DNA of 64,000 nucleotides from Rhynchobatus australiae (taxonomy: Eukaryota), in assembly GCA_034780895.1 (NCBI GenBank), contig JAUZTB010000069.1, positions 10,178,619 through 10,242,618 of the forward strand, written 5' to 3'. This document shows positions 1 to 12,400 of the stretch, piece after piece. Positions within the stretch are counted from its first letter, which is position 1; every line of letters starts with the position of its first letter. The notes beneath the pieces were generated by a model, which saw nothing but the letters and a program-made list of their open reading frames with translations, was not told the origin of the DNA and did no database searches. Made by a program: the position numbers and the translations under genes.

Positions 1-796
1 GCAAGGGTCTAAATCAAAAGGACCATGAATAACTACATGAAAATGGAAACATTTCAAAAATTTGATTGGAAATCTGAGAACTTTGCTCATCATTAAGCCT
101 GGAAGTTGGATCAAAAATATCCCTCAGGACACATAATCCTGGTTTACTTTCAGCTTCCAAGTGACACTGCTTCTAACTTTTATATTTATTTTACTCATTC
201 TTCTTACATTCAATAGATATTAGGACTATTTTATTTTGCTGTTCTTTTACCAAGGTTAGGTCTTAATCAAGGAAGTCTCTATCCAACAGCACCAAGGGAG
301 TACCCTCATCACAAGGATTACAGTGATTCAAGAAGACAGCCCACCACTATCTTCTCAAAGGCAATTATAGAGACTGGCAACTTTCTAGTAATGCCCATAT
401 CTCACAAATGTACAACAGTATGAAAAATATTTATACCCCCTTATTCTAGTCCACCAGGGAAAATTCATCAAACCACCAATTCACTAATCTTCTGAAACAC
501 CCAAACTGCATCGCCCCCTCAGTGTAACAGGTTCAATGGAATTTAAGTCAAGTTTACAAATTGTGTGCAACATTTAATCTCCAGTGTCAATTTGATAAAG
601 TGATGCTGTACCCTCTCCAAGGTCATCAAATTCTTTCTGAGGTGTGCTGTCCAGAAATAAATGTGATGCTCAATAGGGCTAACCAGTGTTACATATAACT
701 ATAATATAGCTTCCATCACCTTTTATTCCAACACTCTGAGATAAAGTTCAATATCCATAATCTTTTTATAACTACTTTGCCCACTCACTTCTCTTT

Positions 797-1965
797 GAGT
801 CATAGAGTTGTACAGCATAGAAACAGGTCCTTCAGCCCACTGTGTCTGTGCCAACCATCATATTTATCTATACTAATCCAACTTACCTGAATTAATTCCA
901 TATCTCTCCCCCATGCCCTGCTCATTCAACTATCTGTCCAGTTACCTCTTTAATGTTGTTACTGTTCCTGCCTCTATCACCTCCTCTGGCAGCTCATTCT
1001 AGATACCAACTACCTTTGTACCCCTTAGAAACCCTTTAAACCTTCTCCCTCTCACCTTAAATCTATGCCCTCTAGTTTTTGACATCACTACTATGGGAAA
1101 CAGGCTCTGTTTATCTACCCTATCTATGCCTCTCATAATTTTATCATGTCACCTCTCAGTCTCCTTTGCTCCAGGGTAAATGGACCTAGCCCATTCAATC
1201 TCTCCTATAAATCAAGCCCTCCAATTCAGGCAACATCCTTGTGAGTATTTTCTGCACCCTCTCTAGCTTAATCACGTTTTTCCTATAGTGTGCTGACTAG
1301 AACTACACCCATTCCAAATGTGTCCTAACCAACTGTCAACATGACATCCCAATTCTTGTACTCAGTGCCTTGGCCAATGAAGGCAGGCATGTCATATTCC
1401 TTCCTCACCACACTGTCTACCCATGNNNNNNNNNNNNNNNNNNNNNNNNNNNNNNNNNNNNNNNNNNNNNNNNNNNNNNNNNNNNNNNNNNNNNNNNNNN
1501 NNNNNNNNNNNNNNNNNNNNNNNNNTGCCTTGGCCAATGAAGGCAGGCATGTCATATTCCTTCCTCACCACCCTGTCTACCCATGTTTCCATTATCCAGG
1601 AACTACGTAATTATACCCCAAGGTCTTGCTGTTCAACTAGACTCCCCGAGGCCCCACCATTCACTGTACATGTCTTGACTTGGTTTAGCTTCCCAAAATG
1701 CCCTGTCCATTTCCTATGGTCTCATACATTGATCAGCATACTGATCCTTAAAGGGACTTACTATCTCCCTAGCTACTCCTTTGTTCTTAATATAATTGCA
1801 GAATTTTTTAGGATTCTCCTTTATCTTGTCTGCCAGGGATATCTCATGGCCCCCTTTTACCCTCCTCATTTCATTCTTAAGTGTACTCTTACACCCTTTA
1901 TACTCCTAAAGGGACTTGTTTGATTCCAGCTGCTTATACCTGACATATGCCTCCTTCTTTCTCTA
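797..1965 (-). mobile_element. CR1-clade LINE (HER1-like), 3' end plus an internally deleted ORF2 remnant
   Basis: Minus-strand 3' tail ...CCTGTTTCTATGCTGTACAACTCTATGACTC; translated piece WVDRVVRKEYDMPAFIGQGTEYKNWDVML; 1790-1960 matches the linker region of the copy at about 46850-47000. Confidence 0.85.
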
Positions 1966-4182
1966 TGTCTCCTTGCAACTTCCTGCTTCCGTCCCCACTA
2001 CACATGCGTTTCTAATGAAGTATGTTTGTTGTTCTTCTGAAAGCATCTTACACTGTGATTTATTTTTTTCTTTAATTCCTGTTGTTATTGTGAAATACTT
2101 GCTTAAGGTTTGAGTATTTCATTTACTTGTTTGTTTATTTCTTCTGTTCAAGCAATGCTCTCTTTCTGTGTTGTGTACATGATTATTGAAGATATGACCC
2201 TCTGCCCCTCATTTTCCACCAGAAATTCATAGTTCTTGTTGAAGCTGTCACTGGTGTTCAGGATCCAGGGAGGTTTACTACTTTGGACTCCAATAGACAA
2301 AAGCCCAACCTGGTGACCATTCACCAATTCCTACTCCCACAGCAGCACAGAAAATCATGATAGCATTGGCTTTGATCACCTTCTTTAATAGCATAAACTG
2401 ACTAAGCATTTCAAGTATAATCTTTAATGTTTATACTCCATTTATGCTTTGCAACTGTTATTGTAAATTCTGTTTTGGGATTTTCATTATACACTATGGC
2501 CTCACAGTTCTACAGGAGGAAGTGTTCATGAGGCATCTCTTCCCCTCTGTCGTTCACTCAGAGGGGCTATTTTCACTTTGGGCAGCATGTTGACAGTAAC
2601 AGAAAGGGGAATTGAGTGAGGATGTGGAGAAAGTGTCAAATTGGCAACTAGATGTTACCTGCCTTGATACATACTTATGGCATCAAAGTGTGAGATAGGT
2701 TTGGTGGAGCAACTGATCTTTTCCTGCTTGTCAGTTTTCCAGGGCTCCTCCACAGATAGAAAAACTAGTAACATTCTGATTCAAGTCCCATGAGATGCTT
2801 GACTTACAGGGTAGTTCAGGGTTTACTTGCAGACAATTCCAATCTTAAATAACCATTTTTTGAGTTTATAACATTGAAGTAAGCCATTCAGATAATATCA
2901 GAACATTACATTTCTAACAGCATTACATTATAATATAATATTAAGTTGTGTAAAGAATAAAATTGCATTGAATAAAGAAAATTAATGCAAATTTGTGGTT
3001 CTTGAATGGCAGCTCTGAAAAGCAATATAGGGTTTGATTTCTGGTTACTTTTCCTTCGTGGCGCTTTGTACTCCTGTTTGATTCATCCACCTTTAATCAA
3101 CTGAGCTTTTGATTGGCAATTTAACAGATAAATGGCACTTGGTGCCAATTATAAATGTTTGACCTAAGAAAGTGTGCTGCTTTGCAGATTCTTCTGGGGT
3201 CACTTTGGACGTGTAAAGGTTTTAGCAAAACGTTTTGGGAGGGATTTGTATTAGGTGAGAGGTTTTAATTATATGGATAAAAATCCAGATTTCTACAAAT
3301 ATATAACATTACACTAAATATATGCCGAAATGAATCCCAATTGATTGTATGGTGTTGGCTCTGTAGTGAATTATCTTTGTACTTTTAGTGGATATCCAGG
3401 TTTACAAGTCCGCTTTGAATAATATCAAATGTGAGTAAGAACTTGTGCTAATAATAACAATTCATTGTGCGGCTTGAGTGGTTCTCTGTTCAAGTCATGA
3501 CCACCCGCAAACTTATGACGAAGGGGAGTAAAATCCGGCCATTAACGTTGCGCAGTGCTTCGCACGGCACGACTGGACTGCACTGCTGTAAGGCTGCAAG
3601 TTCCAGATGCGGCATTCTTTCACAGCGCAAACCATGGAGGTTTTATTGCAAATCCGCATAAAAATTTCGCATTCAGAAATGACAGTGTCACCTACTCAAT
3701 TCTTGCAACATTTTATGATTGAATAGCAATAGTACAAAACTGAAGATCGAGGGGAGAACGGGCAACAAGTGACGACTTGCTAAATAAGTATTTTACAACA
3801 CGTCCTCTTCGGGGATGAGACAAATCGTATTTACTTTCGTATTTAGAAAACTAATGTGGTTAAATATGGTAAAGCACGATGACTTTGATGGGATTTAACC
3901 AAAGGTTGCTTACTGATACCAAGGCATGTAACACAATGTTATATATATGTGTGTGTGTAAATATATAATTGCGCCACTGCTTATGAAATAACTGGTGCGC
4001 GGCAGCCTACCTTAAACTTTAAGGAAATGGATTCCGGATTATTCCCAAATTCTTATTTCAATCCGTTGTCTTTTTATGTGTTCTGAGTGGACCCTTTTCC
4101 TCCCAACTTGCCTGGCTTGTTACGTTAAGCAGATGCAATTTCAGCTGTCACTATACTGCACTTAGTGAGCATTGTTACCTCC

Positions 4183-4195
4183 ATTACCTAGCAAC
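4183..4195 (-). promoter_or_regulatory. Candidate RFX X-box (GTTGCTAGGTAAT on -) in a CpG-retaining segment at about 3460-4280
   Basis: Strong TAGCAAC half-site; local CpG excess relative to the flanks. Confidence 0.45.
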
Positions 4196-7100
4196 TGGAC
4201 TGCGCCACATCACGTACCCACATATAATATCCGGATCATCCTCTGCGTTGTATAAGGCAACAGTTAGTTTAAAAAAAGGGCGTTTTAATACTTTTACTGA
4301 TTTTACTTTTCACACATCTTTGTGTCATCAGCAAATNNNNNNNNNNTACAAAGATGACATTCTTTAAATATGCACCTTGATTTTCACTATCTTGTTAAAG
4401 ATTGTGTATGATATAGCAGGCCAGTGTTCTGATGATGCTGGTCTAATGATCGGGAGTTCCAAGATTTTGGCCCAGTGACGATAGAGAGCATTGGAATGTG
4501 TTTACGTCGGGTATTCGGAGGTGATGTTGCTGTTCTTTTAGAGTATGCTCAGGCTTTTCTTGAGCCTAAAAGACTGGGGATATTGTCCATATATCTGAAT
4601 GAATTCAATTCAATTGTGGTTCCTTTGTTTCATCCCCATTTAAAATCTTTGTCGACAACTTTAACCTCCATTTCAACTATCTCACCCATCTTCCTATTTT
4701 TCCTTTCTTAGCCTGTGCATTGTGAAATTCTATCGTTTGTACATCAAATCCACTAGCTCACTCACTGTCAGAGCTGAGAGCTAGTGGATTTTCTTTCATA
4801 TTTTGAACACCCATCTCACCTTATAAATTACTGCACTACATCTTTGGTCACTCATGTCCACATTGTGGCTCACGGCCTTTCTACTCAAAAAGTCTAGGTT
4901 TCTTACGAGAACATTTCTATCAACTTAGTTACCGCAGTTTTCTGCCTAGGCCCTCGTCATACAGGCTTACTATTACTTTGGGTTTCGGGGTTAATTGTGT
5001 GGTAGCTGCCTCCTCTTCCACCCATCGTCCCTAAATCTGAACACCCCCCCCCTTCCTGGAATTTCTTCCCTAAGATTATAAAACAAAATTCACCAAATTA
5101 GAGGAGGATAGAGCACAGTTGGAGATCATTCAGGCCACTGTTGGTGCCAGCTCCTTAAAAGATCTCTCAATTAATTGCATTCTCCTGTCCTTACACAATT
5201 CCTGCAGATTTTGTCTGTAAATTTTTAAATTTAATGCTCGTAATCAATTAGGTGTCTCACTTATTTTATATAAAAGACATTAATATTAAATTAAAATAAG
5301 AACTATGCACAATCTGATTTCTGCATTAATATTTTCCTATGGTTGGGGAGGTTCTCCATAGAAACAGATTGCCAAGCATTTTTCTCCTTCTTTAAAACAT
5401 CATTAGTGGAAGTGTCATTTCCTATAAAGTGTGGTGCCAAGATTGACATGTAGATCCAGTATTTTTCATATATTCCAGCAGGTGTATTGTGGCTTTGTAG
5501 AAGTTATTGTGAGGAGTATTTTTCCATGAAGTAATAGTATATTTTATTGCCAACTCTGTTTTCTGCCCATTTGTACACAATCTATTTCAATGCAAATGAA
5601 AACATTTTATTTACAAGATTCTTGAACCTTGGCACCAATAATATTCCAAAAACACTGTTTAATAACAACTGCAAAATAGACTTGACTTAAAACCCATCAT
5701 TCAACTTCTTTCTGCTTCCCTGTTTTCAATATGTTAGATGTTCTTTCTGTGCATCACCTGCTTGTGCTATATCTTCATTGTATATAAAATTGATTTTATT
5801 TATTAATTTGTACTTTGATTAGCCCTCAGTGTTAGAGGGCTGGACAGTGCCATCCTGTGGGGCCAGATAATATTTTCCATATGTTACATGTTCTTTGGTG
5901 TGAGTGAATATTTTTAAAAAGTATTTCTCTCAACTTTAAAATAATGAAAATCTATTTATACTTAGCAGTGTATATTCTGTTGAATGCTAATATGTTGCAG
6001 AAACAGAAAATGTACGATAAGATCGTGAGGTGAATGAGAATTTATAAAGAGAAAAGGCAAGTTTCCTTTTTTGGGAGGTACACTCTAGCAGAAAATGCAA
6101 GACTGCCCTCTTGAGATTTGGCCAAAACAAGTCAAATAACACCTCATGATGTTAAATTCTAGTTTTTTTAAACTTTCTCCCAATTCTCTTTGCTGAGAAC
6201 AGAATAAAAAAATAATAAATTTTGGCAATTCCAACTAGGTCCTTTCAGCTAAATCTTAAGTGAATATTAATGGGTACATGATGGTGAGTCATGACAGTAC
6301 ATCACTGGTGTGATGCAGAAATGGGTAGATAAAGAAAGAAAATAACACTTTAGGATCTTGTCTGGAGACTTTATTTTTTCTAAGAGACAGGCAAGATTTT
6401 TTGCTTCCAATGTTGCTTCTGAAATTATTTGGCTGTGCATGCTAATTCTTGTGCGACACGCAGTAAATGCACACAAATTTTGCAATATTTCTAGCAGATG
6501 TCCTGCAGTTCACTCATGGTGAGCCAGAGAATATGATGGCTTGTAACAACAGGGTGTTGTGTAATGTCATACACAACAAATTACTCAGAGGTCTGAATTT
6601 TGGTGACTAAAATGTAAAACTATAACTTTACCAGATAACATTCTTGGATTTTTGGCACAAAGTTCACAAGATAAATAGTAAATAAAATGACTTTGATCAT
6701 ACCATATTCAGTTAGGTATAGACTCTGTTTCACCTTTAATCTTTTGATGCATTCATAATGTGATTACAAAGCAGGCTAGATATTGAATATATGGATTTTC
6801 AGAACTGATGTGAATGTCCTGGGTTCTGGTAACATCATGATATTGATTACTTTCACCTAAAAGAAGGAATTCACACTTACATAGCAAATTTCATATCGCT
6901 ATCTGCCTTAAATGCTTTGCATCCTGTAATAGTCACCTGTAGAAATATTATAGTTAAATGTAGCAGCCAATTTGGACACACAAAGCTCCTACAACAGAAG
7001 TGAGATGATTGCATAGAAAATTGTTTTAGTTGTGTAAGGATGCTTTTTTTTTCACAATTTTGCTTGACTAGGACTTCCTTGTTTGTCCTTTTTCACAGAA

Positions 7101-7429
7101 CAGCATTCTTTCAAATATTTTTTATCATAAAATGTAAATAAAGCATCAGCTGTTCATAACTCATTATATTTATAAAATACTCACCTTTATAAGCTTTTAA
7201 AATTCAACCTCTGAAAAGCTCATCATGGAAAACCTAAGGATAGTAAATACAAATTTTTACTTTGTGTCTAAAGGATCAATCATCATTATTTTTCACTTCT
7301 ATGAGCTCAGAGAATAATTGTTTTTTAATTAAAACAGAATATAATCATAAAAACTTGCATCCATTTGGCAGCTTTAATATTTAAAATGTCCAAGAATGAT
7401 TTATGGTAGAATAATTAGTGTGTGTGTGT

Positions 7430-8260
7430 AAGTAACAGGTGATGAAATGCTTGATCTTTAGCAGGATTGACAGTGAGTCTGCAAGGACAAGAAACAAGCA
7501 GAGGAGTGGAGATGTTTGCAGAGGAATTTGAGTGAATCTGGTCCAAATGGATAAATGTACGACTGTCAATGTTGGAGAAACAGGAGAAGTGAACAGACGA
7601 ATGTTCATTAGGATGGAGTGTTTGGGCAGGGATAGATGGATAAGTGGTTTATTGGACTGGAAGAAATTACAGAGGCAGATTTGGGTGATATTATGTAAGA
7701 AGTCAGATGAGAATTTGTAACTCTGAAGCTGGTAACTAGGTTTAGGAGAACAGAACCTGGTGTAGGTATAAAGGGGAAATAGTATAACTTGTACAAAAGC
7801 AACAAAGCATTTCAAATCTTTTGATGTACAGTGGAGGGTGAAATCTCAACCAAGTGAGCAATGGAATAATTGAGTCTGGAGATGACAGAACAAAGCTGAG
7901 GGACACTGAGGTAGGTATGGAGATAAGTGATATTATGGAGATGGAAGTGGGTATACTTTCCAGAGGAGAGGTTATGGGAGTCAAAATTTCCGTTTGAGTC
8001 ATGAAAAATACTTGGGTTTTAAACAGTTTCCTTCTGCCATTACAGTGGCCAGAGGGAGTGGTCAATGTATGATGTTTGTGACGAGACCAAAATAATTATT
8101 TTTATTGATTTGAGGAATCTGCAGTTCATTCAAGACTAAATGCCAGTCAAGCAGTTTGTCAACAGTGACTGTAGAAATATTCAGAGAGGTATTGGACAGG
8201 TAAAGCTGGGTGTTAGCACTGTGGAAGCTGATTCAAATCCTACAGGTATTTTTTCAAGGG
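7430..8260 (-). mobile_element. Highly degenerate L2-like LINE fragment
   Basis: Purine-rich + strand that resembles the reverse complement of L2 RT and 3' regions found elsewhere in the window; no intact ORF. Confidence 0.5.
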
Positions 8261-9227
8261 GCAGCAAGTGTCAGTCACTTATCTCCAGTTTCTTATTTCT
8301 TTTCCATGGGTATCTTTAGAACAACTATGAACACGTAGAAACAACTTCAATAGAAACTCTAAATCAGAGTTTCTTCCAACCTTTAAGATTACATTACTTG
8401 TTAATTTAATGGATGTTCGCAAAAAGTCATCCGATGAATTTCATTCGGTGGTATTTCCAAAATCGATGGTTTACGTAAAACTGAATCCCGCTTCTTGCAG
8501 CTATAGTAAGAGCAGCTTTGGTGCTGTCTCCAGGAGTGGCATTGGTTGTTGCGAACAGGGAGCTTTGGTAGAGATTAGAAATGAGAAAAATTGGCATGAT
8601 TTCCTATAGACAAAATTTTCAGGGTTGGACATCCTGTGAAACATTCAAAAACATTCATTCAAAACACAATCAATAAGGCAATCAAGTGTCTTGGGGGGTT
8701 AGTCCAGGAAAATGGATCCGAGTTGTAATTGCAACCATGGAATCAATAGCCGAGCAGATTTCAACGGCCAGATGGCCTACTCCTGACCGTAATATGAAAC
8801 GTAAATCTCATCATTTAAGTTATTTAACCCTCTCGCTTTCTATATAATTTCCTGAACGTTGAATAATGGCAAGGCCAAATAATGACAACCAGAAACTGGG
8901 ACATTCCCTGGGATTTGAAAGTTGAGGGAACTTTAGTTAGAAAAGTTAGTCGCGGTTAATATTAGACATTGTCTCTATCTCTGCACCTTCTCCTTTGAAG
9001 GGACCTGACTCCTCTCGACAACAGTCCATGTCCAGAGTCATGGAAGGCCGAGTCCTGGCAGCACACGCAGTCAGAAGCCGTCAGTCTGCAAATCGCTGAA
9101 TAAACAGGGTCGACGACGGATTTCGCCGCCGTGTTGCCGCTTTAAACGCCGAGCGACTTATTTAAAGTTTGGCGCCGCGGCCTTCCCGCTGACATCACCC
9201 TATGGTTGACGTTCGGCTCCGCTGACG

Positions 9228-9266
9228 ATTGCCATGGTGACGCGGCCGCGCGGTTCCCATGGTAAC
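9228..9266. promoter_or_regulatory. Tandem RFX X-boxes (ATTGCCATGGTGAC 9228-9241; GTTCCCATGGTAAC 9253-9266)
   Basis: Both fit the near-palindromic X-box GTTNCCATGGNAAC; about 135-175 bp upstream of the ATG of a motile-cilia gene. Confidence 0.8.
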
Positions 9267-9400
9267 GTGGCCTTCGGCTGCAGCGAGCGCTACTGCGAAG
9301 CGGGGCCAACACAAATAACGAGGTAACTGGAAGGAAGCCGGCAGGTCAGCTCCTTGTCTGAAGGGTCTCGCCTTCATAATTACTTAAAGCGTAAAAAGGA

Positions 9401-9484
9401 ATGGACGCCACGAAGAAGCCGTTGCGGATTTCCCCAGAGCTCGGCGTTTATGCGGAGAAACACGGCGTGTTTCAGATGCTGCAG
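9401..9484 (+). CDS. AK8: AK8 coding exon 1 (84 nt, [28 protein letters not shown])
   Basis: ATG at 9401 in a CpG island; donor CAG|GTAAAC at 9485, phase 0. Confidence 0.95.
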
Positions 9485-12400
9485 GTAAACAGCCGCAGTA
9501 CTTTAAGTTCAATGCTATTAAAATATTATCCGCGTAGGAGCATTGTTCAGTTTATTGCGGGTAAATTGCAGCGGTTACCAAGGTGCTGCTTCAGTATTCT
9601 TGTAATTCCCATACAACTCCCTTGGAGGCATCACCGTGTGTTGAATGGGTTGGCGATCTACCAATTTTTGATTATCATTGTCACCCAGATTTAGAATTTT
9701 GCTGATGTTAGCATCTCTGAGAAAGTTTCATTAACTGGTGTCTCCTGCTCCTGCTTCAGAATGTCAGTATTAGGATTACTTATGAAGCTGATTGCTTCAA
9801 CTAAAACTAGGAATTTAGAAACCCACAGGTGTTTGATGATAATAGTTGTCATTAAATGGTTTGTCATCCAAGAATCATTTTTCCAAATCTAATCTAAACT
9901 TCAACTCCAAATTTTAACCCTAAGCAGTAAATCCATCGACTCTCAAAGATCACCATAAGTAGTAATTCCTTAACAGTAATTTCCAATCCTAATTGTAGAC
10001 ATACAGTCCAAGTCCAAACCTGGACCTATCCAGTGGTGTAGGTTGGGTGTGTTGTCCTACTTGGGCCTCCTCCCTCAGCTGTGCTTTTTCAGTACATTGG
10101 TAGCTGTATTTGTTCTTTTTGCACTCGTAAAGAACTTGAAAGTCATCATTGTTGCCAATTTCCATCCTGCTCACACCGTCAGTCCAGTTTTGATTGTCCC
10201 CTTCCCTTTCATGACTTCTCGTGGGGTAGATTAGTGACCAGAATTCATTACATGTCCACGGACTCTCTCAACTACCTTGACTGCATTTCCTCCCACTCCG
10301 TTTCCTATAAGGACTCCATTCCTTTCTCAAGATTTCTCCATCACATTATATCTGTTCTGATAACACATTCTTTGATGCCTTTGCTTCCATTTTGTCTTTT
10401 ATATCAAACACTATTTCTCTCCACTATGGTTGACAGAACTGTTAACCTTGTCAGTTTAATTTTCTGCAATTCTGTTCTTACCAGAACAAGAATAAGGTTT
10501 CCTTTATTTTCAGCTTCTCTGTGATTCTACCATTTCCTGCTCACTTGCCTTCACATTCAATGAATCATCTGTTATTTCCACTGTGTCCAAGGTGATGCCA
10601 TTACCAGACACATCAATCCTTCTGCTACTCTTTCAGTATTCCAAGGGAACTGTTCCCCATATAACCCTCTCTTTTCACAACATGTGCAGGAGATGCAATA
10701 CCAGTCTTTTTACCTCCTTTTCCCATCACCTGGGCACCATAACACTTTATCTAGGTGAAGCAGCTATTTACATACTTCATCCAGCTTAGTAAAATGCATT
10801 CAATAATCTTCTCTTCATTGGGGAAACCAAACACACATTGAATACCCTCAGTTTAGTTCATAAGGGTGACCATGAGCTTCTAATTTGTCACTTTACTTAC
10901 TCTTCCAACTCCCACTCTGACTTCTCTGCGTTTGGCTTCCAATATTGTCTCAAAGATGCTTCATGTAACCTTATCTTCTAAATTGGCCCTTGGAACTCCA
11001 CAATGAATTCAGTAGTTTCAAGTAATCACCCATTTCAGACCTGTTTCTCACTTTTCCAGTACTTCTGTTTCTCTTTTCTTCTGTTATTTCAAATTTCTAA
11101 CCTCTACCACCTTCATTCACCCAACTCCGTGTCACCAAATCTTTTTTTTCTCTGCCCCCCTCCCTTTCTCTTAAAGTTGTCTCATTTCTAACATACTACA
11201 GTTGTGATGAAACAGTTGTCGACCCACAACTTCAACTGTTTCTTTCTTCGTAGGTTCTTCCTGACCCATTTTAGTATTTCCAGCATTTTCTGTTATTATT
11301 TCACATGTCCAGCAACCACAACATTTGTGTGATCTAATTGAATTAATTAGGTTAGTTGTGCCTGAAATTTTTTTCTTTAATTGTGGTTCAATTAACTGGT
11401 CATGTTATTGTTTTGAAGAAAATATGAGAAGGAAATGGCTTTTGAACCCATCAAATCTATCTGTTCTACAGACTGGTATTAGAGGTAGCAATGAATCAGG
11501 ATATGGTCCCGTGCTTTGAAGTTATGATAACTGCAAATACTTCACAAATTGAATGAAAATGTGGGATCATTTTAGCTTAATATATGGTAAATATAAAACA
11601 AAAGATTAATTGGTTTAATAATCGTGTTTAAATTATACAGGTAAATGTATCCTTAAATTCAAAGTTAAACAAGATTGATTTATAGAAACATTAATACAGT
11701 TGTGTAAAGAGCTGTCTATTATTTATTCACTTAGGGATGTAGACATTGCTAGCAATGCTACCATGTTTGATTGTCCCAACTTTCCCCTTGATTGAAAGTC
11801 AATCACATTGCTGGGCCACGAGTCATAAATAGGCCAATTCAGAAAGGATGGCAGATGTTCTTCCTGAAAGGTATTGGTTTATTATTGTTACTTGTACTGA
11901 GGTACAGTGAAAAACTTGTCCCTTGCATACCATTAGTACAGATGAATTCATGACACAACGCTTTGAGGTAGCATAGGGTAAAAACAACAGAATACAGACT
12001 AAAGTGTCACAACTACAGAGGAAATGCAGTGCACGTAGACAATAAGGTGCAAGGTCATAACAAAGTAGATTGTGAGGTCAAGAGTCCATCTCATCATATA
12101 AGGGAATTCAATTTGTGAACCTGAAGGATTTTTTTGCTATAGGCAAGTAGTTTCATGGTCAGAATTATACTAGCTTTATTTGCGTTTACTGGGAGCTAGA
12201 TTAAATTGATTTTTTAATCATGTGAAGCAGCTGATAAAGTTTTTGCATTTGCAGCCAAATGAATAAGTACATCAATCCAGCTCTTTGTGGTTAAGAAATA
12301 ACATGATGCTGTAGTAGTAAGAAGACTGTGGGCCTGGCCTTCAAGAAGAGGTCTACAAATGGGCTGAAAGGTTGTCTTCATTTATTGATTCTGTGATCTT

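Larger units (their letters stand above)
9040..9580. promoter_or_regulatory. CpG island / AK8 promoter
   Basis: Dense CpGs (for example CGCGGCCGCGCGG at 9241) against an AT-rich, CpG-depleted background; overlaps exon 1. Confidence 0.85.

Noticed and set aside
1366-1585. About 60-bp direct repeat on both sides of a 100-N gap (also at 33325-33465, 37080-37305 and 62752-62911)
   Set aside because: Near-identical overlap of contig ends around placeholder gaps; most likely unmerged haplotypes, not real tandem duplications.
6267-6485. 72-aa minus-strand ORF containing LLEKIK, checked as a possible SPACA9 exon
   Set aside because: No extended similarity to recalled SPACA9 and no convincing splice sites.
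8430-8610. Minus-strand acceptor-like TTTGTCTATAG followed by a short ORF (MPIFLISNLYQSS...)
   Set aside because: No recognisable homology and only a weak donor; at most a divergent non-coding exon.
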